Shown here in pieces: positions 63,881 through 64,000 of a stretch of 64,000 nucleotides of DNA (position 1 is its first letter; the number at the start of each line of letters is the position of its first letter). The position numbers and the translations under genes were made by a program. Source of the DNA: an uncultured Acidimicrobiaceae bacterium. Its GTDB lineage: Bacteria; Actinomycetota; Acidimicrobiia; Acidimicrobiales; Bog-793. Location of the stretch: positions 36,501-100,500 of the forward strand of contig CAVXGQ010000003.1 of NCBI GenBank assembly GCA_963761425.1. Reading direction: 5' to 3'. The notes under the pieces are model-generated. The model was not told the DNA's origin. It searched no databases and worked only from the letters and a program-made list of their open reading frames with translations.

Positions 63881-64000
63881 GCATTACGCTACCGCTCCCC
63901 ATACGAGCCCGGACCGGGGCTAGCCGAGATCAGCCCGCTGCGAGCACCTGGCGATTGGGAAGCGTCTTTTGGGGCGTTATGGCTGGCAATTGGCGGTCTT

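Noticed and set aside
1-64000. rRNA genes, tRNA genes, CRISPR arrays, prophage or defence-system genes.
   Set aside because: None was recognised in any intergenic region. No regularly spaced direct repeats were seen. Intergenic spacers are mostly under 250 nt. The absence rests on visual inspection only.

Overview
High-G+C bacterial chromosome segment (G+C judged by eye). Gene content and order look actinobacterial. The core order is aroC-aroK/B-aroQ-pepP-efp-nusB ... pyrR-pyrC-carA-carB-pyrD-pyrF-mihF-gmk-rpoZ-coaBC-metK-priA ... rpsO-pnp-pepR ... dapB-dapA-rnj-ftsK ... thrB ... sufC-sufS-sufU. mIHF and this synteny are typical of Actinomycetota; the lineage call is inference only. Many neighbouring genes share 4-nt start/stop overlaps (ATGA or GTGA). 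Four accessory insertions interrupt the core: (a) 12.9-16.2 kb, a PurM-like gene plus a partly decayed arsenic module (arsM, arsC with an in-frame TGA, ArsR-like remnant, twin operator-like inverted repeats). (b) 36.1-44.3 kb, an MFS exporter plus an Opp/Dpp-type ABC importer whose fused double ATPase gene is on the opposite strand. (c) 48.3-54.6 kb, a FliA/WhiG-type sigma factor, a 490-nt AT-rich spacer, a membrane degenerate-GGDEF/EAL protein, a GNAT (LuxI/FeeM-like) plus AdoMetDC-like gene pair, and an oxidoreductase. (d) 57.2-58.9 kb, an IS66-family deletion derivative with terminal inverted repeats plus a SAM methyltransferase in visibly lower-G+C DNA. The observations most worth a second look are listed here. 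A TGA sits exactly at the catalytic cysteine of ArsC. Three genes (gmk, pepR, an ABC permease) appear to start at CTG inside a CTGA stop/start overlap. Four frame-breaking indels cluster within 2 kb of coaBC and metK. An ATP-grasp / CCAEP-tail B12-radical-SAM / Cys-rich protein cassette has no known function. An ECF sigma factor is translationally coupled to an Ogt-Ada-zinc-domain fusion in the anti-sigma position. No rRNA, tRNA or CRISPR array was recognised. All homology calls come from motif recognition by eye. Coordinates were derived by hand, anchored to the supplied ORF track.
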